DNA from: an uncultured Oscillospiraceae bacterium
GTDB lineage: Bacteria > Bacillota > Clostridia > Oscillospirales > Oscillospiraceae
Direction of reading: 5' to 3'
Assembly: GCA_947630395.1 (NCBI GenBank)
Contig: CANRHK010000001.1
Coordinates: 2,708-66,707 of the forward strand
Length of the DNA: 64,000 nt
Under the pieces are notes generated by a model that made no database searches, was not told the DNA's origin, and was given only the letters and a program-made list of their open reading frames with translations. Positions 36,666 through 46,357 of the stretch are shown piece after piece. Made by a program: the position numbers and the translations under genes. Within the stretch, counting starts at the first letter, position 1; every line of letters begins with the position of its first letter.

Positions 36666-38404
36666 AGGTTTTCTCCTTTTCCTTCTCGGATAAACAGGCC
36701 GACCCAATCGCCGTGGACGCCGGACTCGATCAGCCACTCCTCCAGGACAAGGCCGTATTCCTCCTCAAGCGCCTCGATGACGTCATCTTGGTCCACGCCG
36801 GTCTTAAGGATCACCACCGCCTCGTCCAGCGCCCGTATCGACTCCTTGTCCTCACGATTCAAAAGCTCGTCCCGGGTCAGCAGAAGCGTGCGCTCATATT
36901 CCGCAAACTCTAAAAGATTCTCATAGTACCCCACACCCGCGTAGACACAGATACAGCTCTCCTCCGCATAGGCCTCTGCCACCGCCCTCTGATCCAGATA
37001 GCCGGTGTAGAGATATTCTCCGTCATAAGCCCCAAGCCGCCCTATCTGCCAGACGACCAGGACGCCGCAGACTATAGTGCAGGAAAGCCTTGGCACCCCC
37101 AAAAAGCCAAGCAGCCAAAGCAGGCCAAACACCAGGCCGAACAGCACAAAGGGAAAGACCGGCATCATGTAGCGGTCCACCAGGTAAGGGGACATTTTGG
37201 CCGCCAGCAGGAAATACCCCGCCGCCGGCAGAATCAGCATCAATAGAAGCGCCCTTCCCTGTCTGCGCCGGACGCTCACCGCCAGACAGACGATCAAAAG
37301 CGCTGCGGCCAGGACAAGCCCCGCTCCGGACACCGTCCGGTCCGCCACCACCCCCCAAAAAGCGCCAAGCCTTGCCGCGTATTCCGCGGGCCCTCCCGCC
37401 AGATTCCGCAGCGCCTCCACCCCCCGGCTGCTTTGAAACACATCCGATATGGCAAAGGGGAATCCGACGACGCCGATGCACGCGGCAAACGCCAGGGAGC
37501 GCGCATATCCAAAAAGCTCCCGATATTTTCTGCGGGCCGCAAGAAGCGCGGCCGTCACAAGCGCAAGCACCAGGCAGTAGAACAGGAAAAAGTACTGCGT
37601 CCAGAACCCCAGCACGGTGACTAAGATCAACAGCCGATTGCCGCCCGCAAAGCCGTCCTCCGTCCATTTCCGCACATGCAGCGCAAACAGCGCCACACAG
37701 AAAAAAGTCACCAGCGCGTACATCCGCACCAGGAGGGTCGTCGCCATCGCCCCCGCCGAGAGACCGTAGGCCAGCGCGGCCATCACCCCCAGCAGACGTC
37801 CGGACACCCCAGACGCCGATGTCCCCCGCTCCAAAAACACCGCGCCAAACCGCTCCCCCGTCCTCATCAGCAGAAGCAGGATCCCCAGCACCGCCGCCAG
37901 ATTGATCACACAGCCCACAAAGGGGCTCACGCTTCCCGGAAACAGGGAGGACAGGGTGTGAAGGAGCATAAAGTGGAGCGGAGGATGGTTATCGTCCTTC
38001 ACGTTAAAGTACACGGACAGATAGTTGAAGGCGTCGTCTCTGTCCACCGTGATATACTTCTCAAAGGTCTGCCCCGCGATCCAGACGGGCTCCTCATAGA
38101 CGTCCGCCGTATAGGAAAGGAGCCTGCTGCCCCTCCCGTTCTTCAGCACATCCAGAAGCGTCTCCCTCAGGTTGGCCAGGGTCTCCCCAAGGGTCTCGCC
38201 GTCGATCTCGTTGTGCACAAACTTTGCAAGGCGGCCCTCCGGCTGCGTCGGGACGATCCATGGGTTAAACTCCGCATTGGCGAGCTCAAAGCTCAAAAGC
38301 TCGTCCATATGATACCCTTCCTTTTTGGCAATGCCCGCACACAGCAGCGCCGCGCACAGAAAAAGCACCGGCAGACGGGTCCGGATAAAGATATTCCAAT
38401 TCAT
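36662..38404 (-). CDS. GT-C fold glycosyltransferase, ArnT/PMT (GT39/GT83)-like
   Basis: A first-loop DE motif (GYHMDELLSFELAN), many TM helices and a soluble C-terminal domain of about 110 aa. ATG 38404 has GGAGGA upstream. Confidence 0.6.
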   Translation of the reverse strand: MNWNIFIRTRLPVLFLCAALLCAGIAKKEGYHMDELLSFELANAEFNPWIVPTQPEGRLAKFVHNEIDGETLGETLANLRETLLDVLKNGRGSRLLSYTADVYEEPVWIAGQTFEKYITVDRDDAFNYLSVYFNVKDDNHPPLHFMLLHTLSSLFPGSVSPFVGCVINLAAVLGILLLLMRTGERFGAVFLERGTSASGVSGRLLGVMAALAYGLSAGAMATTLLVRMYALVTFFCVALFALHVRKWTEDGFAGGNRLLILVTVLGFWTQYFFLFYCLVLALVTAALLAARRKYRELFGYARSLAFAACIGVVGFPFAISDVFQSSRGVEALRNLAGGPAEYAARLGAFWGVVADRTVSGAGLVLAAALLIVCLAVSVRRRQGRALLLMLILPAAGYFLLAAKMSPYLVDRYMMPVFPFVLFGLVFGLLWLLGFLGVPRLSCTIVCGVLVVWQIGRLGAYDGEYLYTGYLDQRAVAEAYAEESCICVYAGVGYYENLLEFAEYERTLLLTRDELLNREDKESIRALDEAVVILKTGVDQDDVIEALEEEYGLVLEEWLIESGVHGDWVGLFIREGKGENL

Positions 38405-38470
38405 GTAATCCTCCACAATTCCGCAGAAGCTCCTCTGCGCGGGCGGTCAAAAGCGCCTTTTTCCTCTCTG

Positions 38471-40264
38471 TCAGTCGGGCTCCACGCGGTACACATAGAT
38501 TTGATAGTAGCTCTCCTCTGTGGAAAAGGGCTCCTCCCGCATCAGCACAAGACCCTGTTGTTCGGCGTTCAGGATGTAGGCGGCGGAAAAGAGATATCTT
38601 CCGCCCATCTCCCACAGCGCCTCCGCGTCCAGCCGGTAATCCAGAAAGGCAAAGCCGCCCTTTTCTATGGTGTAATAGCCGGGGCACTCCGAGCTGAACA
38701 GATAACAGCGGTTGCCCCACTTGTCAAAATTATCCGCCAGATAATCGCTGCGCTCCAGCTCCGGCGAAAGGATCCGGCGAAAGGCGTGCTTGTATTTTAA
38801 CGGGTAATTGTTGGAGTAGCCGTCCAGCGTATAGAAGCCGTGGTAGAGCGCCGCGGCCGGATCGATCCCCAGGCTGACCACCCGATAGTCCTCCTTCTCC
38901 TCTCCGGTCCGCTCCCGCAAAAACTCCTCCACCTGGGAGTAGACTCCCACGGCGTAGTAGTCGTTAAAGCTGATGGCCCCGTAATCGGGATTGCGAAGCC
39001 GCTGGACATTCCATTTAAAGTTGCTCTCCAAAAGCACCTTTCCCCCCGTGCCGCACAGCGCCGCCGCCATCACCAGACCCAAAAGCGCCGCCGGCGCCCG
39101 CAGTCTGCCTCCGGATTCCCAAAGCTCCCACACAAGCGCCAGCCCACAGGCCAGGATCAGATACCAAAGACAGGGGGCCAGCCAAAGGAGACGGTCCATC
39201 TGAAAGGCGCCAAACGCCTGAAACCGCTCTCTCAGCCGGATGCACCCCTCCGTGTTCCAGAGGGCTGCCGCCGCGGCCAGAAAAAGATTGCATCCCAGGG
39301 CGACAGCCATCGCCCTAAGATCCCGCTTCAAAGCCTCCTCGCACCGGCCGCTGGAAGCGCCTCTCCCCGCCCGGGTCCCAAGCGCCCAACCGCACACCGC
39401 CGCCAAGAGGACCGGCAACAGAAACAATACATGAAAGTCTCCGCTGTGTTGCCCTCCCTGTAAAAACCCCTGCCAGAGGGCGGGGGCAAACGCCTCCGGA
39501 TACATCGCATACTCGGACTTATGGGAGACGACAGCTCCTGCAGCGCCCAGGCCCAAAAGCTCCGCAAACAGCCGCAGATTTTCAAGCACATAGATCCCCA
39601 GCATCACCAGAAAGCACCACAGCAGGCGGCGCCGGAAAAAAGGCGTCCCTCTGCCCCGTCTGCCCCTCCAAAGCTCCCACAGCATCCACAAAAGAAGCGC
39701 TCCCAGGACGCCGAATCCCACCAGCACCAGCGAGGAATTAAGGGCAAAAAACGCCGCGTAGGCAAGACAAAGCCTCGTATGCCTCCCCTCCTTCGCCTCC
39801 AAAAGCAGATAGAGAAGCAGGGGCAGGCCGTACTGAGCCAGGCCGTATACCGGAAGAAAGGGAAGGTACGCGTACAGGACGCCGACCGCTGCGGCGATCA
39901 ACGGCCTCCCCGTCACTCTGCGGGCCAAAAGCGCCATACCCACATAGCCGCACAGGCTTTCCGACACCTGCAGAAAGGCCAGGGCGCCAAAGGCGTTTCC
40001 CGAAAGGAACAACAGCACCGCCGCCGGCGCGGGGGGCGTCAGCGCCGTCTTGGACACCCCGCCCAGAAATTCCGGCAGCGTGCTCCCCTGAAAAAGATGC
40101 TTCGCCTGGAGCAGATAGGCGATCAGCTCGCCGTCCAGCTGGTCGTGGTAGGTCACAATGGCGTCCTGTCCCAGGATCAGATAGGGGATCCCCATTGCAA
40201 ACACCGCCAGAAAGCCGGCGATCCAGAAGAAGGTATGCAGTTGAAAGCGCCTCCGATCGCCCAT
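38471..40264 (-). CDS. Polytopic membrane protein, paralog of 55974-57758 (possibly the family databases call DUF6044; unverified)
   Basis: It shares the blocks YHDQLDGELIAYLL / TDQLDGEVINYIY and ALTPPAP / AMTPPAP. It also shares the C-terminal GIDPAAALYHGFYTLDGYSNNYPL / GVNPAAALYNGFYCLDGYSNYYSL and WGNRCYL. The start is ATG 40264 or 40273. Confidence 0.6.
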   Translation of the reverse strand: MGDRRRFQLHTFFWIAGFLAVFAMGIPYLILGQDAIVTYHDQLDGELIAYLLQAKHLFQGSTLPEFLGGVSKTALTPPAPAAVLLFLSGNAFGALAFLQVSESLCGYVGMALLARRVTGRPLIAAAVGVLYAYLPFLPVYGLAQYGLPLLLYLLLEAKEGRHTRLCLAYAAFFALNSSLVLVGFGVLGALLLWMLWELWRGRRGRGTPFFRRRLLWCFLVMLGIYVLENLRLFAELLGLGAAGAVVSHKSEYAMYPEAFAPALWQGFLQGGQHSGDFHVLFLLPVLLAAVCGWALGTRAGRGASSGRCEEALKRDLRAMAVALGCNLFLAAAAALWNTEGCIRLRERFQAFGAFQMDRLLWLAPCLWYLILACGLALVWELWESGGRLRAPAALLGLVMAAALCGTGGKVLLESNFKWNVQRLRNPDYGAISFNDYYAVGVYSQVEEFLRERTGEEKEDYRVVSLGIDPAAALYHGFYTLDGYSNNYPLKYKHAFRRILSPELERSDYLADNFDKWGNRCYLFSSECPGYYTIEKGGFAFLDYRLDAEALWEMGGRYLFSAAYILNAEQQGLVLMREEPFSTEESYYQIYVYRVEPD

Positions 40265-40265
40265 G

Positions 40266-41672
40266 TCACTCATTCCTCCACACGGCGGCCCGCACGCCGG
40301 CCGTCGAAGCCCAGGCCGTCCACAGACAGCCGATCACGATGGTCTTTTTATAGTCAAACATCCCGCCGCCGCGCATGGTGTACCAGATCGTCATACCGAC
40401 GCCGGTCAGAAGCAGGATCCCCCAGAAAAAAGCCTTCCTCCCAAACAGCGTCCCTCCGCGCTCCCCCCGCAGGCGGCCAAGGGCCCTGAGCCAGAAGAGC
40501 GCCTGCAGCGCAGCGGCCATAACCAGCGCCAGCCCAAACCACCATCCGCTGTAGTGAAAGTAGCGGCTGGCAAGCGCCGGCGTGCGGTTCATCATCAGAT
40601 CGTAATTGCGGGTGGTGTAGGAGTCGTACCCTCTTCCCCTTAACAGAAGCACCGATATGGGAGGCGAGAACACATACCCCGCCGCATCCCACGCCATCTC
40701 GTGAAGGATCCGATCCCGATAACGGGAGTAAGAAAGCCGCGCCACCTGTCCAAACAGCTCCTCTGCGCGCTCCGCGCCGTAACTCTCCTCCACGGCTCTC
40801 CCCGCCACCCGAAGCATATTGTCCGCGTAGAAAAAGGTCTCCCTCACCTGATCCGGATCCAGGCACTGCCGTACCTCCTGGGGCCAGTCCTCGTAGGTTT
40901 TGTCCGCGGTGGACCAGGAAAACCGGCTAAACAGCGCTGCGTTCAGACTTAAAGTGCCTCTCCCACAGGCGTCCTTTGTCTGGGTCAGATCGTTCATTCC
41001 CAAGATGATCCCCGCAAAGGACACCACGATGATCAGATGGTTCGCAATCTGGGTCGGCTTTTTGGGGGAAAAGCAGACGAGCCCGTACAGAAAGACGAGC
41101 GCCACCGGCACCGCCCCCAGATACAGATACTCCGGCTGCAACAGCGCGCCCACCAGCCAAAAGACCGCGATCCGCGCCAGATCCATACTTCGGATCTCCT
41201 TCCCGCCCTTCAGCGCCGCCCAGGTCCAGGCCAACTCCAAGAGCATCATGGAGCCGGTCAGGGATTCCGGCAAAACCGCCAGATGGCACTGCATCGCCAT
41301 AGGAAACGTAAGCATCGCCAGACTGCCCCACAGATTGGCGGGCCGCCCCGAGGGGTACACCGCCTGCAAAAAGGCGTGGGCCGCGTAGAGGGCGACCGCA
41401 AGCTGCAGGGCATACATCACACAGTGGCAGGAAACTCCAAAAAGCCCCTCTATCCCTCTGGCAAACAGCAGAAGGACCGGATACAGGATCCCCACGTTCG
41501 GGTCGCACAAAAAATCCTTGCTGACCTGCTCATAAAGGTACGTGTCGCCAAATTTCTGAAAACCGGCAAAATTGCAGAGCATCCAGAATAGTCCCAGGAC
41601 TATCTGGATGCTGAAACCAATCATGCACATCCTGCCGGTCACGGCGGCAGCCGCCTTTACAACTCTCCGCAT
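40266..41672 (-). CDS. Polytopic membrane protein of unknown family
   Basis: 468 aa with about ten TM helices. ATG 41672 has AGGGAGAAG upstream. The 5' 110 codons of the track ORF overlap wecE out of frame and are rejected. Confidence 0.55.
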   Translation of the reverse strand: MRRVVKAAAAVTGRMCMIGFSIQIVLGLFWMLCNFAGFQKFGDTYLYEQVSKDFLCDPNVGILYPVLLLFARGIEGLFGVSCHCVMYALQLAVALYAAHAFLQAVYPSGRPANLWGSLAMLTFPMAMQCHLAVLPESLTGSMMLLELAWTWAALKGGKEIRSMDLARIAVFWLVGALLQPEYLYLGAVPVALVFLYGLVCFSPKKPTQIANHLIIVVSFAGIILGMNDLTQTKDACGRGTLSLNAALFSRFSWSTADKTYEDWPQEVRQCLDPDQVRETFFYADNMLRVAGRAVEESYGAERAEELFGQVARLSYSRYRDRILHEMAWDAAGYVFSPPISVLLLRGRGYDSYTTRNYDLMMNRTPALASRYFHYSGWWFGLALVMAAALQALFWLRALGRLRGERGGTLFGRKAFFWGILLLTGVGMTIWYTMRGGGMFDYKKTIVIGCLWTAWASTAGVRAAVWRNE

Positions 41673-41725
41673 CGATCTTCTCCCTATCCGTCCGCAATGT
41701 GAGCCCTTGGGCCCTCGTCCTATCT

Positions 41726-42859
41726 CTAGGCGTAAAACGCCTTCACGGCGTCGCAGATATAGTCCACCTGCTCCAGGGTCAGGCCATAGAACATGGGCAG
41801 TCTCGTCAGGCGCTCGCTCTCCCTGGTGGTGTACCGGTCCTCCCCGTGGAAACGGCCGAACCGGATCCCCGCGGGAGCCGTATGAAGAGGAATGTAGTGA
41901 AATACAGAGTGGATGTCCCTCTGATCCAGAAACCGGATCAGCTCGGAGCGCTCCTCGATATCCTTCGCCTTCAGGTAGAACATATGGGCGTTGTGCACAC
42001 ACCCCTCCGGTATCACAGGAAGGTCGATCCTGCCGCTCTCAGCCAGAGGCGCCAGATTCTCGTAATACCGGTTCCAGCACGCCATACGGGCATCGTTGAT
42101 GGCATCCGCGATCTCCAGCTGGGCATACAGATACGCCGCGTTCATATCGCTGGGCAGGTAGGAGGAGCCGTGATCCACCCAGGTGTATTTGTCGATCTGC
42201 CCGCGGTAAAATTTGGTCCGGTTGGTCCCCTTCTCGCGGATGATCTCCGCCTCCTCAATGTTCTTCTCGTCCCGTATTAAAAGCGCGCCGCCCTCGCCCA
42301 TGCTGTAATTTTTGGTCTCATGAAAGCTAAAGCATCCGAAGTCGCCGATGGTGCCAAGCGCCCTTCCCTTGTAGGAGGAGAGCACTCCCTGCGCGGCGTC
42401 CTCGATCACCATGAGCCCGTGCCGTCCGGCAATGTCCATGATCGTGTCCATCTCGCAGGCGACGCCCGCGTAATGCACGGGCACAATGGCTCTGGTCCGC
42501 TCCGTGACGGCGTCCTCGATCCGCTTCTCGTCCAGATTCATGGTGTCCGGCCGTATGTCCACAAAGACCGGCACGGCGCCCCTGAGCACAAAGGCGTCCG
42601 CCGTGGAGACAAAAGTGTAGGCGGGCATGATGACCTCGTCCCCCTCTCGGATCTGGGCCAGCAGCGCCGCAAGCTCCGTGGCGTGGGTGCACGAGGTGGT
42701 CAAAAGGCACTTCGCGGTTTTCGTGCGCCGCTCGATCCACTCGCTGCATTTTTTTGTATAAGCGCCGTCGCCGCAGATCTTTTGATTTTTCACACACTCC
42801 TGAATATACCCCATCGCGGTCTCCACGTAGGGGGGCACGTTGAAATTGATCCTGCTCAT
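41726..42859 (-). CDS. wecE: dTDP-4-amino-4,6-dideoxygalactose transaminase (WecE/RffA-like, DegT family)
   Basis: From memory, long blocks match E. coli WecE. These include FNVPPY, CGDGAYTKKC, VIMPAYTFVSTADAFVLRGA, VPVHYAGVACEMDTIM, GCFSFHETKNYS, IIREKGTNRT, DKYTWVD and VFHYIPLH. The start is ATG 42859 or 42865. Confidence 0.88.
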   Translation of the reverse strand: MSRINFNVPPYVETAMGYIQECVKNQKICGDGAYTKKCSEWIERRTKTAKCLLTTSCTHATELAALLAQIREGDEVIMPAYTFVSTADAFVLRGAVPVFVDIRPDTMNLDEKRIEDAVTERTRAIVPVHYAGVACEMDTIMDIAGRHGLMVIEDAAQGVLSSYKGRALGTIGDFGCFSFHETKNYSMGEGGALLIRDEKNIEEAEIIREKGTNRTKFYRGQIDKYTWVDHGSSYLPSDMNAAYLYAQLEIADAINDARMACWNRYYENLAPLAESGRIDLPVIPEGCVHNAHMFYLKAKDIEERSELIRFLDQRDIHSVFHYIPLHTAPAGIRFGRFHGEDRYTTRESERLTRLPMFYGLTLEQVDYICDAVKAFYA

Positions 42860-42861
42860 CC

Positions 42862-43815
42862 TCATTTCCTCCAGATTCCCTTCGCCGTCTCCGGCACATT
42901 CTCCGTTGTCCTGCTGATAATATATTTGGGACGTCCCTTGACCTCCTCATAGATCCTGGCGATATAGTGGCCGATGATCCCCAGGCTCACCATCAAAAAG
43001 CCCCCGATGATCAAGAGCAGAAGGATCACCGTGGTAAACCCTTCCACCGCCGTGCCGGTGACGTAGCGCACCAGCGTCTGCACCGCGAGGATCGCGCTGA
43101 AGATCAGGGAGATCATCCCCATCACCGTCACCGCCTGCAGCGGCAGCGTGCTGAAGGAGGTGGCGTTGGTGACCGCGTATCTCATCAGGCTGAAAAACGA
43201 CCACTTGCTCTCTCCAAACTGCCGTTCCTGCACCTCGTACTCCACCCGCTCCGTGCGAAAGCCCGCCCAGAAGGTCAGCGCCCGAAAGAAGGTGTTTCGC
43301 TCGGGAAGCTCCAGCAATACCTTCACCACCTTGCGGTCCAGAAGCTTAAAATCCGAGGTGGAGCTCATGTCCATCCGGATCAGCCTGCTCATGATCTTAT
43401 AGAACAATCCGGCGGAAAGCCTGTAAAAAATGCTCTCCCTGCCGCGGTTTTTCTTGATCCCCTCCACAATTTCCGCGCCCTCCTGCCAGAGCTTCCACAT
43501 CTGAGGAATGGTCTCCGGCGGGTGCTGCAGATCACAGTCCATGACGATCACCGCGTCGCCGGCGGCCAGCTCCAGCCCGGCGAAGATAGCGGCCTCCTTG
43601 CCGAAATTGCGGGAAAACTCCGCGCCCTTGACACGGGGATCCCGGGCCGCCGCCCTCTGGATCTCCTGAAAGGTGCCGTCCACCGAGCCGTCGCTGATAA
43701 ATACCAGCTCGTAGTCGATCCCGTGGCGATTCAAAAGCTCCGACAGCACCCTTGCCGTATTCTCAATATTCTGTTCCTCGTTGTACGCCGGCAAAACCAC
43801 CGATAACAGCGCCAT
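42862..43815 (-). CDS. Polyprenyl-phosphate glycosyltransferase, GtrB/ArnC/DPM1-like GT2
   Basis: The GT-A N-terminus (LSVVLPAYNEEQNIENT...LVFISDGSVDGT...VMDCDLQHPP) is followed by two C-terminal TM helices. Its stop overlaps the wecE start region. Confidence 0.82.
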   Translation of the reverse strand: MALLSVVLPAYNEEQNIENTARVLSELLNRHGIDYELVFISDGSVDGTFQEIQRAAARDPRVKGAEFSRNFGKEAAIFAGLELAAGDAVIVMDCDLQHPPETIPQMWKLWQEGAEIVEGIKKNRGRESIFYRLSAGLFYKIMSRLIRMDMSSTSDFKLLDRKVVKVLLELPERNTFFRALTFWAGFRTERVEYEVQERQFGESKWSFFSLMRYAVTNATSFSTLPLQAVTVMGMISLIFSAILAVQTLVRYVTGTAVEGFTTVILLLLIIGGFLMVSLGIIGHYIARIYEEVKGRPKYIISRTTENVPETAKGIWRK

Positions 43816-43838
43816 CTTAAACTCACTCCTCCGCCGCT

Positions 43839-45413
43839 TTAGTCTCTCCCCGTGTTCTCTGTCTTGACACACAGCACCCCGTCTATGACCTTTACGGAGG
43901 TCTCCCCGGGGAAGCTCTCCATGTCAATGTATTCCTCCGAATAATAGATGCGGCCGGTCTCCTCGGGAGACAGGAAATTCAAGGTCGCTCCCAGATAATT
44001 CTTCATAAACGCCTGATAGTTGGCTCCGGTATACAAAAGCAGATCCTGGTCGCCGCTGATGCCGATCATACCGGAGGTCACATCCTGCGTGATGTCCGTC
44101 AGCGGGTACGGATCGCTCCCCACCACGCCCACGATGGCAATGGGGATCCCCTGATAATACCCTTCGGTCTGCTCGATCCGATCCAGCAGGCGGACACAGT
44201 AGGCGTACGTCTTTTCGTACCGCTTCTCCAGGTTGGAGTAGGCAATATTGTCCGTCACCAGATAGCAGAACACCATCACGGCCCCCGAGAGGACCAGCGC
44301 CCAGGAGCAGAGCGCGCCGCTCCTTCCGCCACCGCCGTACCGGCTCACAAACGCAAGCATCAGAATCGGATACAGGATCCACTGATACCGCATGAGCAGA
44401 TGGTAGGTCACCTCCGGCGAGATCGCCAGGATCACGTTGGTGGCCAGGGGACAGCCAATCACCAATAAGCCTATTATAACGAAAAAAATCGGTTTCTTCC
44501 ACCATTTTCTAAAGAAAGCCATCCGAATCACCGCCGCCGCGGTCAAAAGCACCAAAACCGCCAGCGCGGCTATGGAGAACGGATTGTGAAACAGCACGTT
44601 CCCCTTGAAGGTGAAGGAAAAAAAGTCCCGATACATGTGGGCCAGGGAGGATAGCAGCCCCCGAGAGCCCACGCTCTCCATGCCGTCGATCCCCTGGTAG
44701 GACGCAAGCTCCTTTCCCTGGAGCCACAGAAGGACGCGCAGGATCCCATAGTAGAGCGCCGCGCCGAAAATTCCCATACCGGCGTAGCGCAGGATCCCCC
44801 TCGCCTTCTCTCTCACCGTACCCTCCTCCACCGCCAGAAGCACCGCCGAGTAGAGGCTCAGCAAAATCGCAAAGGGCAGATACGCCTGATAGATCCCCAT
44901 GCTGAACGCCAGGCACACCGCCCCGGCCACAAAGCCAAACCGGGGGCGCCCCGCCAGAAACACGGCGAGCACCGCAAGAAAAAGCGCCATCATGTAGCCG
45001 TCCAGGGTGAACACATAGGCAAAGGTGGAGGCCAGCGCCGGAAAGGTCACCAGCAGCCCGCTCACCAGTCCGATCACCAGCCTGTCCTTCAGTCTCAGAA
45101 TCTCCGTCAGCACCACGCCGGCGCAGGAGAGCCAGAAGATCCCGATCAGGCCGATGACCCAGGGAAGCGTATAAAAAGAAGAAAAACCACACGCCACCAT
45201 GAGAAACCACCTGCCGGAGGTGATCATATTCTGGTCAAAATATATGCTTCCCAGCCCGTCGTGGTTGGGAATATCCGACAGCAGAATGGGCATATGGGTC
45301 AACAGCCCCAAAAGAAAAGCCGACCAAAAGGCCGTCCTCCACTCCGGTCTGATATGCCCTCGCAGCCATGTAATTGTCTCCCAGGGAGTCCTGTACTCTT
45401 TTTGCGCCGACAT
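43839..45413 (-). CDS. Polytopic membrane glycosyltransferase, GtrC/GtrII-like (tentative)
   Basis: The first-loop motif is LLSDIPNHDGLGSIYFDQNMITSGRWF. It has about 12 TM helices and a soluble C-terminal domain. It lies directly upstream of the GtrB-like gene. Confidence 0.5.
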   Translation of the reverse strand: MSAQKEYRTPWETITWLRGHIRPEWRTAFWSAFLLGLLTHMPILLSDIPNHDGLGSIYFDQNMITSGRWFLMVACGFSSFYTLPWVIGLIGIFWLSCAGVVLTEILRLKDRLVIGLVSGLLVTFPALASTFAYVFTLDGYMMALFLAVLAVFLAGRPRFGFVAGAVCLAFSMGIYQAYLPFAILLSLYSAVLLAVEEGTVREKARGILRYAGMGIFGAALYYGILRVLLWLQGKELASYQGIDGMESVGSRGLLSSLAHMYRDFFSFTFKGNVLFHNPFSIAALAVLVLLTAAAVIRMAFFRKWWKKPIFFVIIGLLVIGCPLATNVILAISPEVTYHLLMRYQWILYPILMLAFVSRYGGGGRSGALCSWALVLSGAVMVFCYLVTDNIAYSNLEKRYEKTYAYCVRLLDRIEQTEGYYQGIPIAIVGVVGSDPYPLTDITQDVTSGMIGISGDQDLLLYTGANYQAFMKNYLGATLNFLSPEETGRIYYSEEYIDMESFPGETSVKVIDGVLCVKTENTGRD

Positions 45414-45444
45414 TTTCTGTCCCTCCAGTCCGATCCTGTCCGTT

Positions 45445-46296
45445 TTAAGGGTTGTCCCTCAGATAATCCGCAATTCTGCGGGCCAAAAGCTCCCGCCCCG
45501 CTTCGTTCGGGTGCATACCGTCCCTGGTGTATAGCTCCCAGTCCTCCCACCTCTCGTGGGGATAAAAATCATGGTAGACATCGATGATCTCCACGCCAAG
45601 CTCTCCGGCGGCCTGCAGCTCCGTGTCCACGTAGAGATCCAGGGTGCCCCCTCCGGGGTCATACTCCTCACAGGTGAGCCTGCGGTCCCGATACCAGGTG
45701 TAGGTGGGCGTCACCAGAATGATCCGAAGATCTGGGTATGCCTCCCGAAGCGTCCGCACCGTGCTCCGCACAGCGCCGGCAAAGGTGTATTCGTCATAGG
45801 GGTCTTCCCCGCTGAAAAGGGGAGTCCCCGCGTGATAATCGTTCAGCCCGTAAGCCAGAAAGACGATCTCCACCGCGTCGAAGTCGATCTCGGACAGCCC
45901 CTCTATCGTCTCCGGAAAATATTCCGTGTAATTTTCCCGAACGCGCGTGGAGATCTGCACCCCGAAATCCCCGGCCCGTATCGCCTCGGCCAGAACCGCC
46001 ATATTCATGGATTCCTTGGTATAGCCCAGCCTCCTGTCGGTGTCCGTCCTCCCGAAGCAGGTGCCGCCCAGAGCGCCGTTGTACACCGTCTCCCCCAGAA
46101 GCCTCTCCAGCTGCGAGGTCACGGAGGTCTCATCCCGACACTCCCCGAAAATGCTGTCTCCAAAGACCACGATCCGGACATCCTGACGCCAGGGACGGGG
46201 CAGCCGGACCAAAAAGGTGCCCCAAACCAGCGCGCCGAAGCAGACGAGCGCCAGAAGCCCATATATCGTTTTTTTCACTCGTTCCCTGTTCTCCAT
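45445..46296 (-). CDS. Membrane-anchored SGNH/GDSL hydrolase (canonical motifs)
   Basis: Block I VFGDSIF, block II GALGGT, block III AYGLNDY and block V DGMHPNEAGRELLARR. It has one N-terminal TM helix. The ATG is at 46296. Confidence 0.8.
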   Translation of the reverse strand: MENRERVKKTIYGLLALVCFGALVWGTFLVRLPRPWRQDVRIVVFGDSIFGECRDETSVTSQLERLLGETVYNGALGGTCFGRTDTDRRLGYTKESMNMAVLAEAIRAGDFGVQISTRVRENYTEYFPETIEGLSEIDFDAVEIVFLAYGLNDYHAGTPLFSGEDPYDEYTFAGAVRSTVRTLREAYPDLRIILVTPTYTWYRDRRLTCEEYDPGGGTLDLYVDTELQAAGELGVEIIDVYHDFYPHERWEDWELYTRDGMHPNEAGRELLARRIADYLRDNP

Positions 46297-46357
46297 GCCT
46301 TCTCCATGCCTTGTGCTTCTCAAAACTCGGCTCGCCGCCCGACCCGTCCGCCGGCTC

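Noticed and set aside
41673-42002. 5' extension of the 40266-42002 ORF over wecE
   Set aside because: The extension is out-of-frame overlap with the well-supported wecE 3' end. A good SD plus ATG at 41672 begins the hydrophobic protein.
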